Shown here in pieces: positions 1-12,029 of a DNA stretch of 64,000 nt; the stretch's first letter is position 1; each line of letters starts with the position of its first letter. The notes under the pieces are model-generated. The model worked only from the letters and a program-made list of their open reading frames with translations, searched no databases and was not told the DNA's origin. The stretch spans positions 123,132,001 through 123,196,000 of the forward strand of contig OX597814.1 in NCBI GenBank assembly GCA_951406725.2, read 5' to 3'. The translations under genes and the position numbers were made by a program. The DNA is from Octopus vulgaris (lineage: Eukaryota).

Positions 1-253
1 ACATCTGACGTCATTTACACCGTGCGCCAACGCTTGATCACTCTAAACAAATCATCAGTGCTGCTTGTTTAGCAAGAAATTGGAGAACCATCTTTCTAGG
101 GCTCCAGAGACTACCATACGTACGTATGTATGTATGTAAACATGATCAAGTGGTTAAGCAGTTTGCTTCGCAATCACAGCGCCGTGAGTTCGATCATACA
201 CAGTAGCATCTTGTAAAAGCGCCTTACATTATAACTTCGATATACGACCGAAA

Positions 254-512
254 AGTGGAGGCACGTATCTTAGTGGTTAGGGTGTCAGCATCATGATCGT
301 AAGATTGTGGTTTCGATTCCTGGACCGGGCGACGCGTTGTATTCTTCAACAAAACACTTCATTTTACGTTGCTCCAGTCCACTCAGCTGGCAAAAATGAG
401 TAACGCTGCGATGGACTGGTGTCCCGTCTAGCTGGGGAACACATACGCCATTGAAATCGGGAAACCGGGCCCATGAGCCTGGCTAGGCTTTAAAAGGGCG
501 CATTTATTTATT
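254..512 (+). mobile_element. tRNA-headed SINE with Deu/Nin-like central domain (family B)
   Basis: A/B-box-like head (TAGTGGTTAG...GTTTCGATTCC), core GTTGCTCCAGTCCACTCAGCTG, (TTTA)n tail. 13-bp TSD TATACGACCGAAA at 241-253 and 513-525. Interrupts a decayed family-A head at about 140-240. Confidence 0.8.
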
Positions 513-746
513 TATACGACCGAAAGCCATCAAAATTGTTTGAGCATCGGAAAAATGCCTGATGGCATTTCTTCCTGTTATTTATGTTCTGAGTTCAAGT
601 CCCAGCGAGGTCATCTTTGCCTTTAATCTCTCTAGGTTCGGTAAAATAAAGTGCCAGTCCGCAACTAGGACCGACGGTATTGACTATCCCTTGAGCCTCT
701 AAACGCAGGCCTTGTACGTAAATCAGAAGCATTCTATCTTTGGATG

Positions 747-1128
747 GGAGGCGTGGCTGTGTGGCTAGAAGTCTGCTTCCCAACAACATGGTTCCGGGTT
801 CAGTCCCCCTGCGTGGCACCTTGCGCACGTGTCTTCTACTATAACCTCGGTTTAGGTAAAGCCTTGTAAGTGGATTTGGCAAAAGGAAACTGAAAGAAGC
901 CCATCATGTGTGTGTGTGTGTATGTGTGTGTGCGTGTGTGTATTTATCTCCCACTACCGCATGATAACTGGTATTGGTATGTCTACGTCCCCGTAACTTA
1001 GAGGCTCTGCAAAAGAGACCGGTAGAATAAGTACAAGGCTTTGAAAAAATAATTACTGGGATCAATGTGTTCAGCAAAAATTCTTCGAGGTTCCAGCATG
1101 GTCGCAGTCGAATTGGCTGAAGAAAAAA
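747..1128 (+). mobile_element. tRNA-headed SINE with CORE-like segment and internal (TG)n (family A)
   Basis: Head GGCTGTGTGG...GGTTCAGTCCC, GGCACCTTG segment, internal TG tract, 3' half CCCCGTAACTTAG...CCAGCATGG. Homologous to 39077, 49545 and 62030. Confidence 0.8.
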
Positions 1129-1904
1129 GCCTCCTGAGAAAATATGATAGAAAAAAAGTGTATGGAAGCTGATAGAAGAATTGTACCTTTGGTTCAATGG
1201 TACAGCCTCATAAAACACTCACTGTACCACGCTGAGTGTGTCTGAGGATAAGGCTAACGGTACACATATCTGTGGAATACACAACCACTTCAACGTGGGC
1301 AGGTCAGTTGATAAAGCTATTGAATAAACCTTTTTCTTTACATATCTATACGTGTGTGTGTGTGTGCTTGTGTATGTTTGTCTGTCTTTAATCTAAATAA
1401 ACGTATCATCAGTCAATATCTTCCAATCTAAATACTTAAGAGCATGTGTGTTATTGGTGTTATTCTAAGTTGATAGCTGTTGATATGTGTACACACGCAT
1501 GTCTGCACACGTTAAAAACATATATTCAACGTACAAACATACAAGCATATCAATGTACAGATATAAATAAATATATATATATATATATATCAACGTATAA
1601 ATAAATTAAATGTTTATATAAGTAGCCGGTGTGTAAATTAGATAAGTATATAATAAAATCGATGTATATTAAAAATCAATTTCTTGCGTATAGTTTCGTC
1701 TGTATAAATATTGCTTATGATATGTTAAGCCGTGAGTCATTTGCTTTCCGCGAACAACAGCTACTTCAGTTCGAAATCTATACAAAGAAGTGCCACTTGT
1801 GTAAAGCACTCAGTTTATATTCCTCCATGATTTAGCAATTAAGAAAAATTTAGGCCGACTAACGTTTCACCAGATTTCCACTCACCGTTTCAGAAGTATA
1901 GCTT

Positions 1905-1982
1905 AAAAAAACACACACACACATACGTACGTACACACACACACACACACACAAAGACGTACACACACAAACGCAAACACGC

Positions 1983-2031
<49 letters not shown>

Positions 2032-2134
2032 AAATACATATATACACATATATAAACCCATTCATTTGTACATATATATGCATATACAAATATATATATA
2101 TATATACATACAAATACATATATACACATATATA

Positions 2135-2230
<96 letters not shown>

Positions 2231-2393
2231 TACGTATATGAAATATATACAATATACAAATATATATAAATATATACTTATACGCACACATATATAAGAT
2301 ATGCATATATATATACATATATATATGAACATATATACATACATGTATGCGTATGTGTGCGTGTGTGTGTGTGTCTGTGTCTGTGTGCGTATG

Positions 2394-2430
<37 letters not shown>
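1905..2430. repeat. Compound (CA)n/(TA)n/(TG)n microsatellite
   Basis: Dinucleotide tracts visible directly; source of the YI/VC pseudo-ORFs. Confidence 0.95.
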
Positions 2431-2434
<4 letters not shown>

Positions 2435-3030
2435 TATTCTTGAGGATATTGTCGCTTATGATTGGGAAGCTAACGAAGTGGCAAAAACAGTAGAAAGCTA
2501 ATACTTGACTCGAGAGTAATTTGATAGGCTGTGGTCGTCGTCGTCGTCGTAGTCGTCTTCGTCGTCGTCGTTGTTGTTGTTGTTGCAGCTCCTCCTGTTA
2601 CTGGCTGCTGCTGTTGCTTAACTTCCGTTCGAATCTGATCGAGCAGCTATTGGTTGATGTAGTTTTTCTTTTGTTATCTTTGTTTCCTTTTTTTCGTTTT
2701 ATGTTTTTGTTTTTTTGTTTTTTGTTTTTTACCTTTTATGATCAAAGTCATTTCATCTGTGACTAGCTTGTCTTTTAAAGAGTAACCATGGCTACAGAAT
2801 CTCCCCTGTCTTCAATATGATGTCATTTGAGGAAGATTGATCATCTATTTCTAGCAGGACGAACAACTACGTACAGCATCTTTCGCTGGTTGAGATTTTG
2901 ATAAATTTCTATACATACATGCTTTAAGGAAGAGTGAAAGTACGATGACAGGAATAGATTCATTATTGCGAGAGAGGTTAGAGGAGAGAGTAACAGAGAA
3001 GTGGAGTAGATAATATTTGCGGGAGAATAA

Positions 3031-4076
3031 GGCGGCAACTGGACGAAATACTAAGCGATATTTCTTCCGAGATCGAATTTACCTTTCATCCTTTCGGGGT
3101 CGATAAATTAAGTACCAGTTAAAAACTGAGGTCGGTGTAATCGACTTATCCTCTTCCCAAAAAATTTCAGGCCTTGTGCCTAGAGTAGAAAGGGTTATCC
3201 TTAAGAATTTCGGGCATTATACCTAGAGTAGAAAAGAAAAGAACTAATATATTTTAAAAGGCGGTGAGCTGGCAGAAATGTTAGCACGTCGGGCGAGATG
3301 CTTAGCGGTATTTCGTCTGCCGCTACGTTCTGAGTTCAAATTCCGCCAAGGTTGACTTTGCCTTTCATCCTTTCGGGGTCGATTAAATAAGTACCAGTTA
3401 AGCACTGGGATCGTTATAATCGACTTAATCCGTTTGTCTGTCCTTGTTTGTCCCCTCTGTGTGTAGCTCCATGTCTTTGCGTTCTGAGTTCAAATTCCGC
3501 CGAGGTTGACTTTACCTTTTATCCTATCGGGCTCGATAAATTAAGTACCAGTTGTGTACTGGGGTCGATCTAATCGACTGGTCCCCTCCCCTAAAATTTC
3601 GGGCCTTGTGCCTAGGTTAGAAAAGAAAATAATTTATACATTTTAAAAGGCGGCAAGCTGGCAGAAACGTTAGCACACCGTGCAAAATGCTTTACGGTAT
3701 TTCGTCCGTCTTTGCGTTGAGAGTTCAAATTCCGGCGAGGCTGACTTTACCTTTCATCCTTTCGGGAGTGGATAAATTAAGTACCAGTTGCGTACTGGGG
3801 GTCGATCTAATCGACTGACCCCCTCCCCCAAAATTTCGGGCCTTGTGCCTAGAGTACAAAAGAATATTTGCGGGAGGATAAGACGGCGCGCTGGCAAAAT
3901 GGTTAGCGGCATTTCGTTCATATCTACGTTCTGAGTTCAAATTCCACCGAGGTCAAATTTGTCTTTTATCCTTTCGGGGTTATTAAAATAAGTACCAGTT
4001 GAGCTTTGGAGGTCGATGTAATCAACTAGGTCCCTCCCCACAACTTACTGGCCTTGTGCCAGAATTTGAAACCAAT
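3031..4076 (+). mobile_element. Head-to-tail stack of four Meta-domain-like SINEs (family C)
   Basis: GGCGG heads at about 3031, 3260, 3649 and 3883, each with core (G/A)CCTTTCATCCTTTCGGGGTCGATAAATTAAGTACCAGTT (variable) and tail GGCCTTGTGCC. Confidence 0.85.
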
Positions 4077-4429
4077 AGGTAGTGAAAGAGACAAAAACCA
4101 AGGGGTAGGGAAAGAGACAACGGCATAGCTAGTGTGTATGTCGCAAGGGACAACCCTTGAGTCTGAAAAGAGAGGGCTGTGGAAGAGAGGAGTATGGGAG
4201 TAGCGAGGTTAGTGAAGGAAGGAAAGGTTGGTAGTGAAATAAAGGGTGGGTTGTGAGATAAATAAAAGGAGAGGTGCTGAGTGGCAAGAGAAGCAACCTG
4301 AGAGAGAACGTATGGGTTGATAATACATCAGAATGCGTACAAGAGATGTGGCGGAGAGGCTATAAATCACGAAGAGACGGAAGTCATAAAGAGAGGTAAG
4401 AGTTAAAATGCAAAATGAGCGGGGAAAAT

Positions 4430-5720
4430 ATCATATCATCATATTATATTATATTATATATTATATTATATTATATTATATTATACTATATTATATTATA
4501 TTATATTATATTATATTATACTATATTATATTATATTATATTATATTATACTATATCATATCATATTTTATTATATTATATTATATTATATTATATTATA
4601 TTATATTATATTATATTATATTATACTATATTATATTATATTATATTATATTATATTATACTATATCATATTATATTATATTATATTATATTATATTATA
4701 TTATATTATATTATACTACATTATATTATATTATATTATATTATATTATATTACATTATATTATATTATATTATATTATATTATATTATATTATATATTA
4801 TATTATATTACATTATATTATATTATACTATATTATATTATATTATATTATATTACATTATATTATATTATATTATATTATATTATATTATATTACATTA
4901 TATTATATTATATTATATTATATTACATTATATTATATTATATTATATTATATTATATTATATTATACTATATTATATTATATTATATTATATTATATTA
5001 TACTATATTATATTATATTATATTATATTATATTACATTATATTATATTATATTATATTATATTATATTATATTACATTATATTATATTATATTATATTA
5101 TACTATATTATATTATATTATATTATATTATATTATATTATACTATATTATATTATATTATATTATAGTATATTATATTATACTATATTATATTATATTA
5201 TATTATATTATATTATATTATACTATATTATATTATATTATATTATATTGTATTATATTATATTATATTATACTATATTATATTATATTATATTATATTA
5301 TATTATACTATATTATATTATATTATATTATATTATATTATATTATATTATATTATATTATACTACATTATATTATATTATATTATATTATATTATATTA
5401 TATTACATTATATTATATTATATTATATTATATTATATTATATATTATATTATATTACATTATATTATATTATACTATATTATATTATATTATATTATAT
5501 TACATTATATTATATTATATTATATTATATTATATTATATTATATTATATTACATTATATTATATTATATTATATTATATTATATTACATTATATTATAT
5601 TATATTATATTATATTATATTATATTATATTATATTACATTATATTATATTATATTATATTATATTACATTATATTATATTATATCACATTATATTTATT
5701 TTACATTACATTATATTATA
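4430..5720. repeat. About 1.3 kb (ATATT)n pentanucleotide array
   Basis: Continuous TATAT units with scattered TACAT/TACTA variants; explains the 453-aa and 471-aa YYIIL ORFs. Confidence 0.97.
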
Positions 5721-5920
5721 TGACGAGTCAAACAAGTGTCGAGACTGCGGATGTACCAGAGTCCCTTGAGCTGATGAATCGAATGTGTTATGAACAAGCA
5801 TTCGTCGTAAAAGAGAAGTTGTTCTCCTGAAACGTAACACAGCAGCGATTACTACATTCACGTTCGAATCTGCCAAAACTCACTGTTCATCGTTCATGTG
5901 CCGATTTATCATATATTACA

Positions 5921-6231
5921 ATGATCCCGACCATGGGATTTCACCTAGAAAGTTCCTCTCCGAAGCACGATTCCAGGCAAAGTTGTTTATGGAAGACCAG
6001 CAACTGCCCGTGTATACCAGTCTTCCCTTTCCAGGCCATCGATGTCATCCGATGGAAAGGTAAAGGCCGATACAGTTTGACACCAGTGACGTCTCAACTC
6101 ATTTCTGCAAATGAGTGAACTGGAGCAACGTGAAATAAAGCGTTTTGCTCTAGAACACACAGCCATCTCCGGGAATCGAACTCACTATGTCATGATTGTG
6201 AACTCGACGCTCTAACACCTGAGCCATGCGC
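5921..6231 (-). mobile_element. Family B SINE
   Basis: Reverse complement of the 24074 and 27240 copies (GAGTGAACTGGAGCAACGTGAAATAAAG; head ...GAGCCATGCGCC). Confidence 0.8.
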
Positions 6232-6257
6232 CTATATTATATATATATTATATCATA

Positions 6258-6855
6258 AAGATGGCAAGCTGGCAGAAACGTTAGTGCGCCGGGCGAAACC
6301 TTAGCGGGATTTCGTCTGCCGTTACGTTCTGAGTTCAAAATCCCCTGAGGTCTACTTTGCTTTTCATCCTTTCGTGGTCAATAAATTAAGTACCAGTTGC
6401 ATACTGGGGTCGATCTAATCGACTGGCCTCCTCCCACCAAAAATTTCAGGCCTTGAAAAAAGTAGAAAAAAAAAGTAGAGTAGAAAAAAAGAATCGCTAG
6501 CACGCCAGGCGAAATGCTTAGCGGCATTTCGTCTGCCGCTACGTTCTGAGTTCAAATTCCGCCGAGGTCCACTTTGCCTTTCATCCTTTCGGGGTCGATT
6601 AAATAAGTACTAGTTACACACTGGTTTCGATATAATCGACTTAATCCGTTTGTCTGTCCTTGTTTGTCCTCTTTGTGTTTAGCCCGTTGTGGGTAGTAAA
6701 GAAATGGGTATTTCGTCTGCCGTTACGTTCTGAGTTTAAATTCCGCCGAGGTCGACTTTGCCTGTTATCCTTTCGGGGTCAATGGAATAAGTAACAGTTA
6801 TGCACTGGGGTCGATGTAATCGACTAGCCCCCTTCCCCAAAAATTTTCAAGGCCA
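6258..6855 (+). mobile_element. Family C SINE multimer (three core copies)
   Basis: Three CCTTTCG(G/T)GGTC cores joined by a tail and by the TTGTCTGTCCTTGTTTGTCC linker. Confidence 0.85.
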
Positions 6856-7475
6856 TATTAATTCATATCATATATACTTTGATGTTGTCTCATGTTTTAG
6901 TTCAATGATGTAGTGACGAAGTATTCAACAAAGAGATCGTACTTAGTGGGAGGGGCGTTGAAAGGTAACACCACACCGAAATTCAACTTACCCAACACTA
7001 GTTTTAGCATATGAACAGTAAACCTCTATAAACAACACATTTTGCATTTACCGAAGGTTTTCTGACTGAAGCAACTGAGAAATCCTTAAATGCCATAGAA
7101 AAAAAAAGAACGTCGCAAAAACTCAACGAGAGTTAAAACATATCTAAGTCAGGAACAGATACATATATGTGATTCCTGATAGGAAATCATATATTGCTGT
7201 GAAATGAAATTTCCATAATTTCCTGATGGAATCATGATGAAAACCTTTTTTTTTTAAATTAGGTAATGCATATAACGTATGTTAATAGCTAAATCTGCCA
7301 GCCTAGCACTGACATCAGCTCAATATGGCTGCCTATTGTGGAAAATACAATAAAGCAACCTAAAAATAGAGCAAGCACTAAATGTGCGTGTGTAATGATC
7401 TTGCGAATAATACCGTTACTTAAGTCAGTTTGGTGGCAATCACAGTTGAATCCGTAGTATCTATGTAACGATTCA

Positions 7476-7617
7476 GAGATGGTTTCTAAAAGCACGTGGT
7501 TCCGGTTTCAGTTCCACTGCATGGCTTCTTGCGCAAGTGTGCTCTAGTATGGCCCTGGGCCGACTAATACCGTGCGAATTTGGTAGACGAAAACTGAATG
7601 GAAACCTGTCGCATATA
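7476..7617 (+). mobile_element. Family A SINE, 5' half
   Basis: GTGGTTCCGGTTTCAGTTCCACTGC...TTTGGTAGACGAAAACTG, then microsatellite. A matching 3' half lies at 10205-10440. Confidence 0.7.
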
Positions 7618-7677
7618 TCTATACATACATACATACATACATACATACATACACTAATATGCATATATATATGTATG

Positions 7678-7722
<45 letters not shown>

Positions 7723-7724
7723 AT

Positions 7725-7811
<87 letters not shown>

Positions 7812-7814
<3 letters not shown>

Positions 7815-8386
7815 TAGTAAAAAGTGAAAAAACTACAGAAGGCTTGTTTTAAAAGGTTAAAAATATATATTTGAGTCATTATGTCTGAAGAATGTTATAA
7901 ATTTTTTTCATACAATGACATAGTTTTTGAAGAAATGACCGGTTTCGCGTTCAGCTTTTCAAATTTCTTACATCGTTATGTTTACGTTGAGGAGTGTGAA
8001 GAAAGAGTTCCAGATAAAGGGAGGTAATAAATGATTTCTTCCGGTGTAAGGGAGATAATCGCTTAATATGTTTTGCCTTTTTGGGGGGGTGAGTTTCTCT
8101 GTATAAGAATGTTGGAATGGTTAAGTTTGGGCTTGTATTTTTCAATGAAGAATGTTTCCTTGTTTAGTCTAATTTGTGTTGGTGTTCCGATAGCACATTG
8201 GTAAAATGGAAAGATTAAAAATTGTGGTAGTTGTTGCTTTGCGCATTTCTCAATGTGCTCACTAAAGGGTATCATTCTGTATTCTGGGAATGCAATCTGT
8301 TGTCGATGCAGTGTGCATCTACGTCTGAGTGATAGTCCCGTGGACCCCACGTAGTTTTGGTGGCAGCCCGAGCATTTTATTGTGAG
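7812..8386 (-). mobile_element. Penelope-like element 3' fragment: GIY-YIG endonuclease C-terminal part (8063-8386) plus pLTR
   Basis: LTIKCSGCHQNYVGSTGLSLRRRCTLH...EH...RLNKETFFIEKYKPKLN matches the PLE GIY-YIG pattern (CxxC, YVGxT, R, E, LN). The GIY half is lost at a microsatellite. An HHR motif follows the stop. Confidence 0.85.
7930..7969 (-). ncRNA. Minimal type-I hammerhead ribozyme motif, U3-A8 variant
   Basis: AAGAAAT-TTGAAAA-GCtgaacGC-GAAA-CCGG-TC-ATTTCTT: perfect 7-bp stem I, 2-bp stem II, palindromic stem III. Confidence 0.7.
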
Positions 8387-8549
8387 TGAGTGTATGTATG
8401 CATGCATGTATATATGTATGCATGTAGGTATGTATGTATGCATGTATGTATACATGTATGTATGCATGCATTCATGCATGTATGTATGTATGTATGTATG
8501 TATGTATGCATGCATCTATGTAAGCATGTATGTATGCATGTATGTATGT

Positions 8550-9974
8550 GATTGGAAGGATGATAGATTTCACACACTTTTGCTTAACCTCTGCAACCAC
8601 ACACTTTCCACCTTTGTCGCTCCAGATATTTGGCACCAATCTCAAATCATTCCAATACCCAAAAAAGGCGATTTGTCCCTCGTCACCAACTACAGGGGCA
8701 TATCTCTAATGTCAATTGCTGCAAAACTGTACAACAAACTGATCCTAAATCGTCTTGTCCTTTTTGTTGAACCATTGCTCCGAAAGAACCAAAATGGATT
8801 CAGACATGGGCGCTCAACGCTGAGCCAGATACTATGCCTGCGCAGACTTATTGAAGAATCAAAAGCATTTAATCGCGATCTTGCAATGGTATTTGTAGAC
8901 TTTTCTAAAGCGTTCGATTCTGTAGATAGGTACAAGATGTTTGAAATCCTTAAGCTCTATGGGATACCAGACAAAATTATTTCTGCCATCAAGGTCCTCT
9001 ACACAGATACGTCTTCAACCATCTTAACCCCTGATGGAGAAACATCATCTTTCTCGATCGAGGCCGGAATACTGCAGGGAGACACACTCGCCCCATTTCT
9101 TTTCATCATTGTTGTTGATTATGTGCTACGTATGTCAGTTGATACCATCTCTGGCAAGGGCTTTGAAATAAAACCAAGAAGAAGTTCCAGACACCCAGCT
9201 GAGTACTTGACAGACACTGACTTTGCTGACGACATCGCTCTTATCAGTGATTCTCTCTCCAATGCCCAGTCTCTCTTACAATCTCTTGAACAAGCCTCAA
9301 ATTGTGTAGGTCTTTACCTCAATGAGACCAAAACTGAATACATAAACAAGTGCCTGTCCAACAGTGATTGCATCATCCACACTCTCAACAGTGCACCTTT
9401 AAATATGGTTTCTGATTATAAATATCTTGGGTCATACATATCATCATCTGGAAAATACTTTCTAACTAGAAAGGGTATGGCCTGGTCAGCCTGTAATGAC
9501 ATGCATAAGATCTGGTCATCAAATCTAAGTAGAGACTTCAAACTTGAAATATTCAAAGCCACAGTCGAACCAATCCTACTATATGGCTCAGAAACCTGGA
9601 CGTTATCAAAGAAGCTTGAGAGGCGGTTGGATGGAACCTACACTCGCCTCCTTATGAGAGCTCAAAATCTCTCGTGGAGGCGCCATCCAACTAAAATGCA
9701 AATATATGGGAAATTACCACCTGTGTCATCTCTTGTGAAAGGTAGGAGAGTCCAGTTTGCTGGACATTGTTGTAGAGCTGAAAAAGAAGTAATTTCTACT
9801 CTTCTCCTCTGGAAGCCATCTACTCGCAACACCAGAGGGCGCACACTCTCCTACCCTGATGTAATCTCCAGGGATACAGGCATCCAGCAACAGGACCTCC
9901 GTAATGCTATGATGGACCGTGAAGTCTGGCGCAACATGGTAAATTCCATTGTCTCGACCACGGTCGAACAATGA
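8550..9974 (+). CDS. Non-LTR reverse transcriptase (RTE-like), no endonuclease domain
   Basis: IPIPKKGD, NYRGISL, QNGFRHGRST, FVDFSKAFDSV, GILQGDTLAPFLF, FADD, YKYLGS, LLYGSETW, FAGH; about 474 codons with no stop. The first about 56 aa of the track ORF are microsatellite. Confidence 0.92.
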   Translation, partial: DWKDDRFHTLLLNLCNHTLSTFVAPDIWHQSQIIPIPKKGDLSLVTNYRGISLMSIAAKLYNKLILNRLVLFVEPLLRKNQNGFRHGRSTLSQILCLRRLIEESKAFNRDLAMVFVDFSKAFDSVDRYKMFEILKLYGIPDKIISAIKVLYTDTSSTILTPDGETSSFSIEAGILQGDTLAPFLFIIVVDYVLRMSVDTISGKGFEIKPRRSSRHPAEYLTDTDFADDIALISDSLSNAQSLLQSLEQASNCVGLYLNETKTEYINKCLSNSDCIIHTLNSAPLNMVSDYKYLGSYISSSGKYFLTRKGMAWSACNDMHKIWSSNLSRDFKLEIFKATVEPILLYGSETWTLSKKLERRLDGTYTRLLMRAQNLSWRRHPTKMQIYGKLPPVSSLVKGRRVQFAGHCCRAEKEVISTLLLWKPSTRNTRGRTLSYPDVISRDTGIQQQDLRNAMMDREVWRNMVNSIVSTTVEQ

Positions 9975-9993
9975 TGAATGATGAATGATGATG
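8550..9993 (+). mobile_element. 5'-truncated RTE-clade LINE
   Basis: Starts abruptly inside an ATGT microsatellite. RT ORF ends at 9974, followed directly by a TGATGAATGATGAATGATGATG tail. Confidence 0.9.
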
Positions 9994-10204
9994 TGTATAT
10001 ATGCATGTATGTATGTATGTACGTGTGTGTATGTATGCACGTGTATATGTATGTATATATGTATGTATGCATGCATGCATGTATGTATGTATGCATGCAT
10101 GTACATATGCATGTATCCATGTATGTACGTATGTATGTACGTGTGTGTGTATGTATGCATGCATATATGTATGCATGCATGTATGTATGTAGGTAGGTAT
10201 GCTT

Positions 10205-10440
10205 GTGAGTGTGTCTTAGTATTTGTGCTTCTTCTCCACCCCGGCCTTCTCCACTATCGTTTGATAACCGATGTTCATGTCTCCGTTACTTAGCAGTACG
10301 GCAAAAAGTCCGATAGAACAAATAGCTAACTTTAAAGAATACATAATATACATTAGAGTTGATTTGTTTAGTAAACCCTTCAAGGCGGTTCCCCAGCGTG
10401 GCCACACTCGAACGATTGAAACGAATAAAGCGAAAGAATA
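10205..10440 (+). mobile_element. Family A SINE, 3' half (decayed)
   Basis: TTGATAACCGATG...CCGTTACTTAGCAGTACGGCAAAAAG...CAAGGCGGTTCCCCAGCGTGGCC...GAAACGAATAAAG aligns with the 3' half of 39077-39590. Confidence 0.7.
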
Positions 10441-10987
10441 TGATTTCTAAAGACCAGGTTAATAACCTGAAAAATTATAATCGTATTTCTGAACTTATCT
10501 CGAAACAAGATTATAAGATTTGATAATATTAGAATTATGGAAACAACACATTCAATACCATTTTTTTTTTTTTTAATTTTATTTTTCATGTCTGTTATTA
10601 ATATGTGTGTTGTTATGTATGCGGTGCTGGTGTGTGCTAATGTGTATCTGAAATGGTTGGCACTGGAATTAATGTATGAAAGAATGAACAATGACATTAC
10701 AGAATTTGTCATGTGAATAAGATCGCTAATTAACCAATTAAATTAAAGTCTTGGATAAATCACAGAATTTAGGCGTTTGTGGTTACATTTATTTTTCTCG
10801 GCTAATTAGAACAAGGTCTGGAGTGTGGTGTGGAATCGAAAAATATGATTTGTAAAGAAAGAATTGACTTGAGTCTTTTCGTTTTCCTCCTCGTGTTTTC
10901 TTTTCCTTTTTTTTTTTTGACTTGTCTAATTCGCTGGATTTCCCACGATTCCCAACAAATAACATTGATGCATAAACTAAACGTAGA

Positions 10988-11392
10988 GATCATCATCATC
11001 ACCATCATCATCACCATCACCACCAGCACCGCCAGCATCAACATCACTATAATTATTATTATCCTCATCATCATCATCATCCCCAGCACCACCAGCACCG
11101 CTAGCATCAACATCACTATAATTATCATGATCATCATCATCATCATCATCATTATCATCATGACAACGATGATGATAATGACGAGGAGAAGAAGAGAGAA
11201 AAGAAAAAGAAGAGGAGGACGAGAAGAAGTGGAGGAGGGACGTGATGACGACGGCGAGATGATAATAATAATGGTAATAGTGGTAATAGTTGTGGTTGTG
11301 TTGATAAAAACGATAGTGGTGATGGTGATGGTGATGGTGGTGATGGTACTGGTGGTGAGGTGACGGTGAGGCGGCGGTAGTAATGGTGTTGG
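10988..11392. repeat. Degenerate (CAT)n, GA-rich and (GGT/GAT)n tracts
   Basis: Triplet repeats visible directly, including a 57-bp internal duplication (CACCAGCACCG at 11041 minus 20 and again near 11091). Confidence 0.85.
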
Positions 11393-12029
11393 TGAGCCTT
11401 TTCATGACTTCCATGTTCAATCTTCGTAGGGTAGAGTTACTAAACTGAACCTATTGACACATATTTATGAAATATTGTCAGTGCCAAGATAAAAATGGAA
11501 GACATGTGAGGCCACGAATTTGATATACTGAAGTATCAAGTTTGATAGTCGATCCATTTTCCACATCCTTTTCTTCATCATATTCTTCTGTTTCCGTGAA
11601 GGGTTGTCTACCATATGAAAGATATTACATAACACTGGCCAAACCACTTTCGCTATTTGTCTTCATTCTGTGGCAAAGACAATAACTTCAATAATCCAAT
11701 ATGTCATCCAGTTAGATCGTCATTGACTTTGGAAATTTAATGAAGTGCTAATGTGAGAATAGTGTTTCGTGTCATTGCTATAATGTACGGTACAACATAT
11801 CTAGAAATTTCACAGGCCATGCTATTTTATGACGAATGATAGGTTTACGTCAGCAGAAATATACGTGTGGACAGAAATATGCTTATGGACACAGCTATAT
11901 GCACATCGCGATTCTCGTTACATTTGCCATCAGAAACTGTGTGATTTTCTTTACTATCCACCAACACACTGATTATAAACCTAATGATATTGGTGGATTT
12001 ATTAGTCGTGCTGAATATTATTGAGAGAA

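Noticed and set aside
4408-5830. 453-aa and 471-aa ORFs
   Set aside because: Translations of the (ATATT)n repeat, which lacks stops on this strand.
8063-9974. Divergent GIY-YIG and RT ORFs as one novel RT-nuclease system
   Set aside because: They are on opposite strands and each is truncated at the intervening microsatellite. The RT is RTE-type, which pairs with APE rather than GIY-YIG. Two independent insertions explain it.
11420-11700. Possible minus-strand exon (GRQPFTETEEYDEEKDVENG, faintly kelch-like)
   Set aside because: Short, bounded by stops, no diagnostic motif or convincing splice sites.
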